Source: Betaproteobacteria bacterium (GTDB lineage: Bacteria; Pseudomonadota; Gammaproteobacteria; Burkholderiales; Burkholderiaceae_C). Taken from it: a stretch of 64,000 bases of DNA. Under the pieces are notes generated by a model. It was not told where the DNA came from, ran no database searches, and saw only the letters and a list, made by a program, of their open reading frames with translations. The translations under genes were made by a program, and so were the position numbers. The stretch covers positions 3,823-67,822 of the forward strand of contig JANLOP010000066.1 of the NCBI GenBank assembly GCA_031366635.1, read 5' to 3'. Below are positions 49,575-64,000 of this stretch, in pieces; positions within the stretch are counted from its first letter, which is position 1, and each line of letters begins with the position of its first letter.

Positions 49575-50530
49575 CGCAGCACCGCCCCGGTGGTGCCCAG
49601 CCGCAGGTGGTAGATCGACGTGCTGGCGGCGATGAACAGCTCGTCGCCGGACGGCCCGCCAAAGCACAGATTGCCCACTTTCTCGGGCACGGGGATGCGC
49701 GCCAGCCGGGTGCCATCGGGGTGGTAGACCTGCACGCTGTCGCCGCTGCTGGTGTAGACAAAGCCGTGCACATCCAGCCGCAAGCCGTCGGACAGCCCCG
49801 GCTCGATGACCGCAAAAATACGCGGGCGGGCCAGGTCTTGCCCGCCCAGCACGTCAAAAACCACGATGTGGTGGTGGCCGCTGCCGTCCTGGCGGCTGGC
49901 GGCCGAGGTGTCCGACACATACAGCAGCGATTCATCGGGCGAAAACGCCAGCCCGTTGGGCTCTTGCAAAAAATCGCTGGCGATACGCAGTGCACCGCTG
50001 GCCGGGCTGAAGCGGAAGACGTAGTGTTTGCCCAGCTCACTCTCGGCCTGGTGGCCTTCGTAGTCCGACAAGATGCCGTAGGGCGGGTCGGTGAACCACA
50101 GCGTGCCGTCGGCTTTGACGACGATGTCGTTGGGCGAGTTCAGGCGCCGGCCCTGGTAGTTGTCCACCACGATTTCATCGGGCAGCGCCTGCAAAGTGGC
50201 GCCGGCATCGGGCCCTCCGCCGGTACCCGCATCCACTCGGAACCGGGTGCGCACCACCGCCCGCTGGCCGTGTGAGCAGTGCAGCAGCGCGCCGTCGGCC
50301 TCACGCGCATGGCCGTTGCTGTAGTCCACCGCATCGCGCCACACCGTCATGCCAGTGCGGGCATGCCAGCGCAGCATGCGGTTGTTGGGGATGTCGCTCC
50401 ACAGCAGCGAGGCGTCCTCGCGCATCCACACTGGGCCCTCGCTCCACACTGCGCCGGTGCAAAGCCGGACCAGCGGGCTGGCACTGCGGGCGATGTCGGC
50501 AAAGCGGGGGTCGAAGACTTGCAGGTCCAT
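49571..50530 (-). CDS. SMP-30/gluconolactonase family protein
   Basis: WSEGPVW, LNSPNDIVV, FTDPPYG, PNGLAFSPDE, DGLRLD. Confidence 0.92.
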   Translation of the reverse strand: MDLQVFDPRFADIARSASPLVRLCTGAVWSEGPVWMREDASLLWSDIPNNRMLRWHARTGMTVWRDAVDYSNGHAREADGALLHCSHGQRAVVRTRFRVDAGTGGGPDAGATLQALPDEIVVDNYQGRRLNSPNDIVVKADGTLWFTDPPYGILSDYEGHQAESELGKHYVFRFSPASGALRIASDFLQEPNGLAFSPDESLLYVSDTSAASRQDGSGHHHIVVFDVLGGQDLARPRIFAVIEPGLSDGLRLDVHGFVYTSSGDSVQVYHPDGTRLARIPVPEKVGNLCFGGPSGDELFIAASTSIYHLRLGTTGAVLR

Positions 50531-50554
50531 CCGGCGCAGTCTGGCAGGATCACC

Positions 50555-50566
50555 GTTACCGGTAAC
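50555..50566. promoter_or_regulatory. GntR(LacI)-type operator
   Basis: Perfect palindrome GTTACCGGTAAC between the divergent lactonase and regulator genes. Confidence 0.75.
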
Positions 50567-50658
50567 TAGGCTTTTCCCGGGGCCGATTCGGCCGGTGGCT
50601 GCCTCTATGATCCAGCGCACCCGTTCGCACCGAGAAATCCTTTTGCCGGCTTTGCTGC

Positions 50659-50670
50659 GTTATCGATACC
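50659..50670. promoter_or_regulatory. Second, imperfect GntR-type operator
   Basis: GTTATCGATACC upstream of the regulator. Confidence 0.5.
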
Positions 50671-50740
50671 TTGTCTTGTGCGGCCGCAACGGCTGCCGGG
50701 CAGCCGCTTGATCTCACGCCGCTAAAGCCCGCCCCACCGC

Positions 50741-51796
50741 ATGGCCACCAAACCCCCGCCCACCAGCGCCCGGCGCACGGTGACGATGGCCGACGTGGCG
50801 GCGCAGGTGGGGGTATCGAAGATGACGGTGTCGCGGGCCCTCAACCGCCCGGCGCGCAGCGAGCGCAGCACGTCCGAGGCGCTGCGCCAGCGCATCCTGG
50901 CGGCCTGTGAGCAGATGGGTTATGTGATCGACCAGACCGCGCGCACCTTTTCCAGCAAGCGCTCGGGCTTTGTCGCGGCGCTGATCCCGTCGCTGAACAA
51001 CAGCAATTTCTCCGAAACGGCGCAAGGCATCACCGCCGCGATAGCGCCCGCTGGCCTGCAACTGCTGCTGGGCACGTCGGATTACCGGGTGGAGGTCGAA
51101 GAGCAACTGCTGCGCACCCTGCTGATGCGCCGGCCCGAGGGCGTGGTGCTGACCGGCGGCAGCCACACCCCGGCGGCCCGGGCGATGCTGCGCGCGGCCG
51201 GCGTCCCGGTGGTCGAGACCTGGGACCTGCCGGCCGAGCCCATCGAGCACACGGTGGGCTTTTCCAACGCCGCGGCCACCGCCGCGCTGGTGCACCACTT
51301 GCACGGCAAGGGCTACCGCCAGATCGGCTTCATCGGCGGCACGTCCAACCGCGACACCCGGGGCGCTGACCGGCGGCTGGGTTATGCCCAGGCGATTGAC
51401 GCGCTGGGCCTGCCGGCCGGCCGGGTGATCAGCTTTGGCCAGCCGCCGATCTCGATGGCCCAAGGCGCGCAAGCGATTCAACAACTGCTGCACCAGTGGC
51501 CCGAGGTGGACGCGGTGGTGTGTGTGTCGGACCTGTCGGCCTTCGGTGCCCTCACCGCCTGCCAGCGCCTGGGCTGGCCGGTGCCGCAGCGCATCGCGAT
51601 TGCCGGCTTTGGCGATTTTGAAGTGGCCAAAAACTGCCACCCGCGGCTGACCACCGTGGCGGTGGATTGCGCGGCCATCGGCCAGGCCGCCGGTGAATTG
51701 CTGCTGCGCGCCATCGCCGCGCTGCGCAGCGGACAGCGCCTGGCGCCCGAGACGCAGCACATCCCCTTCCACATCGAGCAGCGCGAGAGCACCTGA
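50741..51796 (+). CDS. LacI family regulator, gluconate repressor GntR-like
   Basis: TMADVAAQVGVSKMTVSRALN HTH; PSLNNSNF, VVETWDL, VGFSN. Confidence 0.92.
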   Translation: MATKPPPTSARRTVTMADVAAQVGVSKMTVSRALNRPARSERSTSEALRQRILAACEQMGYVIDQTARTFSSKRSGFVAALIPSLNNSNFSETAQGITAAIAPAGLQLLLGTSDYRVEVEEQLLRTLLMRRPEGVVLTGGSHTPAARAMLRAAGVPVVETWDLPAEPIEHTVGFSNAAATAALVHHLHGKGYRQIGFIGGTSNRDTRGADRRLGYAQAIDALGLPAGRVISFGQPPISMAQGAQAIQQLLHQWPEVDAVVCVSDLSAFGALTACQRLGWPVPQRIAIAGFGDFEVAKNCHPRLTTVAVDCAAIGQAAGELLLRAIAALRSGQRLAPETQHIPFHIEQREST

Positions 51797-51918
51797 GCAG
51801 GAGAAAGCCAATGCGACGTCGCTGGCACCGCCGAGCGCCGTGGTTTTAGCGGGGTGCGGCGCTGGCCGGCCGGTCAGCGCCTACGATGCGCGACTTGTCA
51901 CCTCATCCGGAGAACCCG

Positions 51919-52341
51919 ATGCCCAAATTGCTGCCTCACCGCCTGGCTGCCTTGGTTGCACTGTCCACGGTGCTGCTGCTGTCGGCCTGCCAGAACATGG
52001 GCCCACCGGCCCAGACCGTGAGCTTGCTGGAGCCCGCCGACGGCGCCACCGTCAGCAGCCCCTTCAAGGTGCGCTTTGGCGTGCAAGGCCTGAGCGTGGC
52101 GCCGGCCGGTGCCGTCGCGGCCAACAGCGGCCACCACCACCTGCTGATCAACCTGGACGCCCTGGCCGCCGGTGAATCGGTGCCCTTCAGCGACCGCCAT
52201 CTGCACTTTGGCAAGGGCCAGACCGAGACCGAAGTGACGCTGCCGCCCGGCAATTACAAGCTCACCGCCCAGTTTGCCAACGGTGCCCACCAGAGCTACG
52301 GCAAGGCGCTGAGCCAGACCATCACGGTCACGGTGCGTTGA
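51919..52341 (+). CDS. DUF4399 domain lipoprotein
   Basis: Lipobox LLLSAC; SGHHHLLIN, HLHFGKGQTE. Confidence 0.85.
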   Translation: MPKLLPHRLAALVALSTVLLLSACQNMGPPAQTVSLLEPADGATVSSPFKVRFGVQGLSVAPAGAVAANSGHHHLLINLDALAAGESVPFSDRHLHFGKGQTETEVTLPPGNYKLTAQFANGAHQSYGKALSQTITVTVR

Positions 52342-53075
52342 GCCTGCGGTCCTGGCCGTCCTTGTCGTCCTCGCCGTCCTTGCTGTCCTTGCCGGCAGGC
52401 TACCGGGCGCTGGTGATCGGCGCCTCGGGCGGCATCGGCGCGGCCCTGCTGCGCGCGCTGGCGGCCGATGCCCGCTGTGCCGGCGCGACGGGCTTGCACC
52501 GCCAATCCAGCCCGCGCATCGACTTTGCCGACGAGGCCAGCCTGGCCGACGCCGCCGCAACGCTGGCCGGCCAGGCGCCGTATGCCTTGATCGTCAATGC
52601 CGCCGGCCTGCTGCATGGCCCTCAGGGCATGCCCGAGAAGAAGCTGGCCGACCTGAACAGCGCGCAGTTGCTGGCCAGCTTCACCGCCAACACCATCGGC
52701 CCGGCGCTGCTGCTGCGCCACTTCAGCCCGCTGCTGAGCCGCCAGCGCGGCCTGTGGGTGATGCTGTCGGCCAGGGTGGGCAGCATCGGCGACAACCAGT
52801 TGGGTGGCTGGTATGGCTACCGGGCGTCCAAGGCGGCGCTGAACATGCTGGTCAAGACCGCTGCGATCGAGCTGCGTCGCAGCCAGCCGCAGGCGGTGCT
52901 GGTGGCCTTGCACCCGGGCACGGTGGCCACGGCGCTGTCACAACCCTTCTGCGGTGCCGAAATCGGCCGCCCGCCCGACCTGGCGGCGGCCCAGATGCTG
53001 GCCGTGATCGACGGCCTGCAGCCCGCTGACAGCGGCAGCTTTGTCGCCTGGGACGGGCAGCGCCTGCCTTGGTGA
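52338..53075 (+). CDS. SDR family oxidoreductase (CsgA/C-factor-like)
   Basis: GASGGIG, SARVGSIGDN, YRASKAALN, LHPGTV. Confidence 0.9.
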   Translation: MSLRSWPSLSSSPSLLSLPAGYRALVIGASGGIGAALLRALAADARCAGATGLHRQSSPRIDFADEASLADAAATLAGQAPYALIVNAAGLLHGPQGMPEKKLADLNSAQLLASFTANTIGPALLLRHFSPLLSRQRGLWVMLSARVGSIGDNQLGGWYGYRASKAALNMLVKTAAIELRRSQPQAVLVALHPGTVATALSQPFCGAEIGRPPDLAAAQMLAVIDGLQPADSGSFVAWDGQRLPW

Positions 53076-53120
53076 CTTGCGCGGCGGGCTGGTCGGGCGT
53101 GAGCGGCCGGTGGCCCGTGC

Positions 53121-53747
53121 TCAATCCAGGCCGATGTCGCCCGGCGCCGGCGCGCGCTTGCGGCCGTCCAGCATGGCGCGCACCAGGTTCTCACGCTGCC
53201 GCCAGGACGTGAGCAGCACGCCGCCCAGGTGCAGCGGCACCAGCGCCGCAAACGCCCAGCCGCCGCTGCGGTGCAGGGCGTAGAGCAGCGGGTCGCCCCA
53301 GAAGCGGTCGGTGGCGTAGAGCGCGCCGCTGCCGCCGGCCAGCACGGCGCAGCCCAGCAGCGCCACAATCATCCAGCCGCCAAGCGGGTTGTGGCCCAGG
53401 TGGCGCGGCTCTCGCCCGTGCTGCAGCGCGGCGGCATAGGCGGTGCTGGCGCGCCAGCCGGCGACGAAGCCGGCAAAGCGAAGATGCCGGGCCCGCGCCC
53501 ACCAGCCGGCGCTGGTGCGCAGCGCTGCCACGGCCAGCGCGGCATAGCCCAGGCGCTCATGCCAGGGGCCGCCCTCGTGCAGCCACAGGCAGGCCAGCAC
53601 GCTGCCGGCCAGGGCCCAGTGGCCCAGCCGCACCGCGCGGCCCCAGACCAGCACGGTCGGCACGGTCGGCACGGTCGGCACGGTCGGCACGGTCGGCACG
53701 GTCGGCACGGTCGGCACGGCCGGCGTGGCGGCCGGCGCGGCGCTCAT
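53121..53747 (-). CDS. Cytochrome b/b6 domain membrane protein
   Basis: VW...VRLGHW, WHERLGY, GHNPLGG, LH...LHLGGV, RENLVRAMLDG. Confidence 0.88.
   Translation of the reverse strand: MSAAPAATPAVPTVPTVPTVPTVPTVPTVPTVLVWGRAVRLGHWALAGSVLACLWLHEGGPWHERLGYAALAVAALRTSAGWWARARHLRFAGFVAGWRASTAYAAALQHGREPRHLGHNPLGGWMIVALLGCAVLAGGSGALYATDRFWGDPLLYALHRSGGWAFAALVPLHLGGVLLTSWRQRENLVRAMLDGRKRAPAPGDIGLD
53651..53722. repeat. 9-bp tandem repeat (gcacggtcg)x7 plus one variant, encoding (PTV)n
   Basis: Read directly, in the 5' end of the cytochrome b gene. Confidence 0.92.
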
Positions 53748-54022
53748 CGCGCCTTGGTGGGCACCGGGGCCAGCGTCAGTGGGTGGAAATAGGCCTCCAC
53801 CCGCCGGCCCTTGTCGTCCAGGCCGTAGACCTCGTAACAGCCACCGTCCTCTTTGATGCGGCGCACCGTCCAGCCCTGGTCCTGGAGCATCTGCGCCAGC
53901 TTGGCCTGTGGTTGCCAGGACGCCTTGGGGCCCGAATCACAGGTGGCCAGACCGGTGGCGTGGGCGCCGGCCAGGGCCAGCAGCAGGGCGGTGGCGGTGG
54001 TGAGCAGAGGCAGCAAGCGCAT
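53744..54022 (-). CDS. PepSY domain periplasmic protein
   Basis: Signal peptide; GWTVRRIKEDGGCYEVYGLD..G.RVEAYFHP. Confidence 0.88.
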   Translation of the reverse strand: MRLLPLLTTATALLLALAGAHATGLATCDSGPKASWQPQAKLAQMLQDQGWTVRRIKEDGGCYEVYGLDDKGRRVEAYFHPLTLAPVPTKAR

Positions 54023-54098
54023 GGTGGGCGTCCGGGTTCGGGTTGAAGCGCGCAGCATGCCAGCAATCTGTTGCGGCCACTTTGCCGAGTGGGGTAAG

Positions 54099-54986
54099 TC
54101 AGTGCGCGTCACCCCGGCGCGCGCGGCGCAGCGACACCTGGCCCAGCGCGGCCAGACCGGCCAGCAGCAGCACGCTGGTGGACGACTCGGGCACCGGCGA
54201 CAGCAGGGTCTCGAAGTGGCCTTTGGCGTCGTGGATGTCGTCACCGTAGTTGATGACCTGGTTTTGCAGCGTCCGGGTCTTGCCCTTCTGCTTGTGGCCG
54301 TGCGCGTCGATCGTGTCGGGCTCGGTGTAGGTGACGGTCACCGGTGGCAAGGTGACCGGCGCCGGCTGGTTGGGCACGTACACCGGCGGCGGCGGTGCGT
54401 TGGGCACCACGCTGGTGATGCTCTGGTTGAAGGCCACCGTGTCGATCAGAAAATCCCAAACCACCGGCGGATTGACGGCATTGACGGTGACGCTGGTGAT
54501 GCCGGTGGCGCTGCTTACATCGACCAGCGCGAAGCCCGAGTTGAAGTTGGGCAGGATGTTGGGCAGCGCCTGGCTGGCCACCCGCGTGCTGCCGTGGAAG
54601 GCATCGACCACATACGACTGCAGAAAGGTCTCGCCGTTGAACAGCGCAAAGCTGACCTGGGTGGTGGCAAAGCCCGGCGCAATGTCGATGGTCAGGGTTT
54701 TGGCCAGGCCGTTGCCAAAATTGGCCGTGCCGTAGACATTCGGGCTGGTGGCGTACTGGATGGCCGGGAAGTTGGTGGCCAGGCCGAGCACCACGCCGCC
54801 GGTGAAAGTGGCCTGCGGCGTGACGATGGTCTGCGGCGCCGGCACGGCGACAAAGATGTTCGGCCCTTGCATCGTGCTGGGCGGATCAAAAGTGACCAGC
54901 CCGACTGCAGCCTGGGCCGTGGGCAGCGCGGCCCCGGCCAGGGCCAGCCAGGCCCCGGCAACCGTGTTGGCAAGTGTGTGGTTCAT
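54099..54986 (-). CDS. PEP-CTERM sorting domain surface protein
   Basis: Signal peptide ending AQA; C-terminal PVPESSTSVLLLAGLAALGQVSLRRARR. Confidence 0.88.
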   Translation of the reverse strand: MNHTLANTVAGAWLALAGAALPTAQAAVGLVTFDPPSTMQGPNIFVAVPAPQTIVTPQATFTGGVVLGLATNFPAIQYATSPNVYGTANFGNGLAKTLTIDIAPGFATTQVSFALFNGETFLQSYVVDAFHGSTRVASQALPNILPNFNSGFALVDVSSATGITSVTVNAVNPPVVWDFLIDTVAFNQSITSVVPNAPPPPVYVPNQPAPVTLPPVTVTYTEPDTIDAHGHKQKGKTRTLQNQVINYGDDIHDAKGHFETLLSPVPESSTSVLLLAGLAALGQVSLRRARRGDAH

Positions 54987-55272
54987 CGCAGACCTCTGTG
55001 TTGGCGGGTAGTGGCGCCAGGCCCGCCGACGCGGACCGGCGCACCGGTGTCTCGAAGTGTTGGCCGGTGGCAAGGGCCGGGATCAGGCGTCGAGAAATCG
55101 CCTCACTGCGCCCACAGAGCACGCGGCCGGCGGATAAATACCGGGACCGGTTTCAAAAACCCGGCAAAACCCCGTCAAGAACCGCGAGCAAAGAACAGCG
55201 CCGGGCGGCTGGCGCCTGGCGCCTGGCGGGGCGGGGGCAATCCGGTTCTGGCTTTGCGGGCTGCCGCGCCGG

Positions 55273-56328
55273 TCAAGCCACGGCCGCAAAGTCGATCAGC
55301 ACCTTCATCGCCCGCTGGCGGTCACTGGCCAGCTCAAACGCCTGCCGCGCCTGCGCCATCGGGAAGGCCCGGGTGATCACCGGCGCCAAGTCCACCCGGC
55401 GCTGGTTGATCAACTGCACCGCCAGCGCAAACTCGGCATGGAAGCGGAACGAGCCGCAGATCGACAGCTCTTTGCCCACCACCGTGTTCTGCGGGATGCT
55501 CACGTCACCGCCCAGGCCCAACTGCACCAGCACGCCGCGCGGGCGCAGCACGTCCAGGCCGTCGCGCAGCGCGCAGCCGTTGCCCGAGCATTCCAGCAGC
55601 ACATCAAACGTGCCTTTGTCGGCGGCGTAGCGCTGCACCCAGGCGCTGTCGGTGGCCACATTCAGCGCCAGGTCAGCGCCCATCGACCGGGCCACGGCCA
55701 GCGGCGCATCCACCACGTCGGTGGCCACGATCTCGGCCGCGCCGTGCACCCGGGCGGCGGCAATGGCCAGCACGCCGATCGGGCCGCAGCCCGACACCAG
55801 CACCCGCTTGCCCAGCAGCGGGCCGGCCCGCGACACGCCGTGCAGGCCGACCGAGAACGGCTCGGCCAGCGCGGCCTGCTCAAGCGGGATGCCGTCGGCG
55901 ATGCTGTGGCACTGCGCGGCATTGCACAGCAGCAGGTCGCGGAAGGCGCCCTGCACATGCGGCATGCGCATCGCGCTGCCGTAAAACCGCATCTCCAGGC
56001 ACTGGTTGGGCAGGCCCTCCAGACAGTATTTGCAGGCGCCACAGGGCTGGCTGGGGTTCACCGCCACCCGATCGCCCACCGTCAGCGTGCTGACATCGGG
56101 CGCCAGCGCCGCCACCGTGCCGGCCACCTCATGGCCCAGCACCATCGGCTGGCGCAGCCGCACGGCGCCAAAGCCGCCGTCGTGGAAGTAGTGCAGGTCA
56201 GAGCCGCAAATGCCGCCAAAAGCCACCCGCACCAGCACCTGGCCGGGGCCGATTTCACCGGCATCCTGCTCGTCCAGCCGCAAGTCAGTGGCGCCGTGGA
56301 TCACAAGGCACATGCAGCGCAAACGCAT
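55273..56328 (-). CDS. idnD: L-idonate 5-dehydrogenase-like Zn-dependent dehydrogenase
   Basis: GICGSDLHYFHDG, LGHE, structural-Zn cysteines, MRFYGSAMRMPHVQG, GSFRF. Confidence 0.82.
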   Translation of the reverse strand: MRLRCMCLVIHGATDLRLDEQDAGEIGPGQVLVRVAFGGICGSDLHYFHDGGFGAVRLRQPMVLGHEVAGTVAALAPDVSTLTVGDRVAVNPSQPCGACKYCLEGLPNQCLEMRFYGSAMRMPHVQGAFRDLLLCNAAQCHSIADGIPLEQAALAEPFSVGLHGVSRAGPLLGKRVLVSGCGPIGVLAIAAARVHGAAEIVATDVVDAPLAVARSMGADLALNVATDSAWVQRYAADKGTFDVLLECSGNGCALRDGLDVLRPRGVLVQLGLGGDVSIPQNTVVGKELSICGSFRFHAEFALAVQLINQRRVDLAPVITRAFPMAQARQAFELASDRQRAMKVLIDFAAVA

Positions 56329-56355
56329 GGTGGGTTGTCCGGGTGGGTTGGACGT

Positions 56356-56367
56356 GATACCGGTAAC
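56356..56367. promoter_or_regulatory. GntR-type operator upstream of idnD
   Basis: GATACCGGTAAC, 11/12 match to the 50555 palindrome. Confidence 0.7.
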
Positions 56368-56395
56368 TATTCTGCCGTCAACCGGCGGCAGGGCG

Positions 56396-56420
56396 AAAAA
56401 AACCGCCTGGGCGGGCGGTT
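56396..56420 (-). terminator. Intrinsic terminator after ssb
   Basis: Minus strand aaccgcc-cgccca-ggcgg followed by a T run. Confidence 0.75.
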
Positions 56421-56475
56421 GCGGGGGCGGGTTGCCGGGCGGCCCCGGGGCGCGGATGGCGCGCGCGGCTGACGG

Positions 56476-56979
56476 CTAAAACGGGATGTCGTCGTCCATG
56501 TCGTCAAAGCCGGTGCTGGACTTGGCCGCCGGCCGCGCGGCGGCCGCTGGCGCCGCCGCCGCACGCGGGGGGGCCGGCGGGCGGCGCGGGGCGTCGGCGC
56601 GGGCACCGTCGGGCTCACCCCGGTTCATGTCGTCAGCGCCGCCTTCACGGCCGCCCAGCATCGTCATTTCCAGCCCGACGATCTCGGTGGTGTATTTCTC
56701 GACGCCGTCTTTGTCAGTCCATTTGCGGGTTTTCAGCCGGCCTTCAACATAAACCGATTTGCCCTTTTTCAGGTATTCACCGGCAATCTCGGCCAGCCGG
56801 TCAAAAAACACCACGCGGTGCCATTCGGTTTCTTCTTGCCGCTCACCCGACTCTTTGTTCTTCCAGTTGCGGCTGGTGGCAAGGGCCACGGTGCACATCG
56901 CCGCGCCGCTGGGCATGTAACGCACCTCCGGGTCGCGCCCCAGATTGCCGATGAGGATGACTTTGTTGACCGATGCCAT
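56476..56979 (-). CDS. ssb: Single-stranded DNA-binding protein
   Basis: [24 protein letters not shown], ends DDDIPF. Confidence 0.97.
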   Translation of the reverse strand: MASVNKVILIGNLGRDPEVRYMPSGAAMCTVALATSRNWKNKESGERQEETEWHRVVFFDRLAEIAGEYLKKGKSVYVEGRLKTRKWTDKDGVEKYTTEIVGLEMTMLGGREGGADDMNRGEPDGARADAPRRPPAPPRAAAAPAAAARPAAKSSTGFDDMDDDIPF

Positions 56980-57216
56980 GACGGGCTCCTTGCGTGAAAT
57001 GGGGGGTGCGGCGCCGCAGCGCACTGCCGGGAAAGCCATGATAGCGACCGGCCCCGGCGCCCGGCACCAACCTTCGGGGGTTGGCGCCACCCCTGAAGCG
57101 GGGATCGGCGGGGTGAATGGCGGGGTGAATGGCGGCGTCTGTCGGCGGTGCGTATTGGCAGTGCGTATCGGCGCTTTGTATCGGCCGTGTGGATCGGCCG
57201 GGCCGCAGCGCGGGGC

Positions 57217-57744
57217 TCAGGGCTCACCGTGCCAGTAGTCCACCGCGTCGGCCTGCGCAAACACGCCCAGGCGCGCCGCGCTCAACTTGCCTGAATCGGG
57301 GTACTCACACACCTCGGGCCGCTCTTGCGTGCTGATCGACAGGTATTTCATCGGCGCATCGCCGGTGTTGATGATCTGGTGCGGGTACTCGGGGCCGGGC
57401 GGGATAAACACCACATCGCCGGCCCGCAGCGCCAGCAGTTCACCGGCCACCCGCAGCGTGCCCTGGCCGTCGAGGATGACGAACATCTCCTCCTGGGCGT
57501 GGTGAAAGTGGTACGGGCACAGCCGCTGGCCGGGCGCCAGGATGTCGAAGCTGGCGCCCAGCTTGCGGGCAGCCGTGCCGCCCGAGACGCTGCCGCCCAG
57601 CGAGTCGTAGAGCGGCGGGCGGTGCTCGCGGTCCAGCGCCACCTGGTCGAGATTGCGGATCAACTGCTGGCGCAGGCGGGCGGCGGGTTCGGCGGTGGGT
57701 TCGACGATGGGATCGGTGGTTTGCTCGGTGGTTTGCTCGGTCAT
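57217..57744 (-). CDS. Cupin domain protein
   Basis: [29 protein letters not shown]. Confidence 0.88.
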   Translation of the reverse strand: MTEQTTEQTTDPIVEPTAEPAARLRQQLIRNLDQVALDREHRPPLYDSLGGSVSGGTAARKLGASFDILAPGQRLCPYHFHHAQEEMFVILDGQGTLRVAGELLALRAGDVVFIPPGPEYPHQIINTGDAPMKYLSISTQERPEVCEYPDSGKLSAARLGVFAQADAVDYWHGEP

Positions 57745-57867
57745 GGCGGGGCTCGGGTGGGGTGGCGGGCGGCAGCCACCGACGATAGCGCTGGCGCCAG
57801 TCGCCCGGGTCGGCCCGCCCTCGCCGGGGGCCGCCGCCGTGCCGGCCGTCGTTACCATCCCAATCCC

Positions 57868-59793
<1,926 letters not shown>

Positions 59794-59871
59794 TCAGCCG
59801 GGCGGGGCGGCCCACCGCCGAAAAACGGCCCAGCCGCTATCATCGCCGGTTGCCCTCGCCCCGCTGCCGCC

Positions 59872-63102
<3,231 letters not shown>

Positions 63103-63128
63103 ATCACCAGCGACGGCTGAGATCCGGC

Positions 63129-64000
63129 TCAACTGCCGTCAAGCCAATCATCACCCGGCATCGACCGCCGCATGAACTCATCAAACAGCGGCACGGTGAA
63201 GGCCGTGTCGCCGTGGTTGGGGCTCCACACCATGCCTTTGGCCATCAGCTTGCTGCGCGTGGGGCCGAGCGACGTGACCGGCCGCCTCAGATGCTCGGCG
63301 ATGTCGCCCGACCGGTGCGGCCCGGGGCCGAGCGCGGCCATCGCCCGCAGGTAGCGCCGCTCACTGGGTGTCAAACGGTCGAAGCGCACCCTGAAAAAAC
63401 TCTCGTCCAGCGCCGCCACCGCCGACCGCGATGCAGCCTGCACATCGGCCAGCGTGATGGGCGATGCGGCGGCGGTGTCCCAGGCGTGCTTGCCCCATTC
63501 CTGCAAAAAGTAGGGGTAGCCGCCGGTCATCACGATCAGCGCCTGCACCGCCTCGTCGGTGAAAGCCACGCCGTTGGCCTGGGCCGGCTTGACCAGCGCC
63601 AGGCGGGCGGCGGCGTCGTTCAGCGGGCCGACGCCAGCAAACGCAAACAGGCGCTCGGCGTACGACTTGGCCGCCCCCATCCGGCCGGGCAACTGCGGCA
63701 GGCCGGCGCCGACCAGCGTGATCGGCAGTTGGCGCTGCGCGCAGCGGTGCAGCGCGGTGATCAGCGCGGCCAGCTCGTCCTCTTTGACGTACTGCATCTC
63801 GTCGATGAACATCACCAGCGCGGTACCGGCGGCTTTGGCGGCCTGGCCCACCGTCTCCAGCAGATCTTGCAGGTCATGTTCAAGATCGCCGTTGTCGGCC
63901 AGCCCGGGCTCGGGGTCGAAATCCAGGCCCACCTCGATGTCGTGGTACTTGATCTTCAAAGCCCGGGCAAAACCGGCCAGCGCCCGCAACGCCCGCTGCG
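63129..64000 (-). CDS. P-loop ATPase (AAA_16/STAND-like) with C-terminal winged helix; 5' end outside window
   Basis: Walker B LVMFIDEMQ, GAGLP, TGGYPYFLQ, C-terminal FTVPLFDEF. Confidence 0.8.
   Translation of the reverse strand, partial: QRALRALAGFARALKIKYHDIEVGLDFDPEPGLADNGDLEHDLQDLLETVGQAAKAAGTALVMFIDEMQYVKEDELAALITALHRCAQRQLPITLVGAGLPQLPGRMGAAKSYAERLFAFAGVGPLNDAAARLALVKPAQANGVAFTDEAVQALIVMTGGYPYFLQEWGKHAWDTAAASPITLADVQAASRSAVAALDESFFRVRFDRLTPSERRYLRAMAALGPGPHRSGDIAEHLRRPVTSLGPTRSKLMAKGMVWSPNHGDTAFTVPLFDEFMRRSMPGDDWLDGS

Overview
GC-rich betaproteobacterial chromosome segment (Burkholderiales-like, judged from the porin, Coq7, ErpA and sRNA types). 1-22.5 kb is the end of an exopolysaccharide/PEP-CTERM (exosortase A)-associated locus. 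It is unusually rich in acyl-carrier-protein chemistry: MBOAT plus SGNH-like partner, glutaminase-less AsnB, O-antigen-ligase-like protein, Wzx flippase, GNAT-like protein, MaoC-SDR fusion, FkbH, two ACPs, a fusion of the two exosortase-associated hydrolases, methyltransferase/kinase genes, acyl-AMP ligase and PLP decarboxylase. The rest is mostly core or metabolic: coxS/coxL-like, MacAB-type ABC exporter, htpG, srkA, rplM-rpsI, erpA, a degenerate cobT, ilvA, an anti-Shine-Dalgarno small RNA, coq7, porin, dacB, a GntR-type sugar-acid regulon with visible operators and a frameshifted binding protein, a PEP-CTERM protein, ssb, recQ, uvrA and a truncated ATPase. I saw no tRNA, rRNA, CRISPR array, integrase or transposase. 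The best candidate for an undescribed system is a two-ACP, PKS-loading-module-like assembly line for decorating a polysaccharide. All calls come from motifs read by eye; no searches were run.
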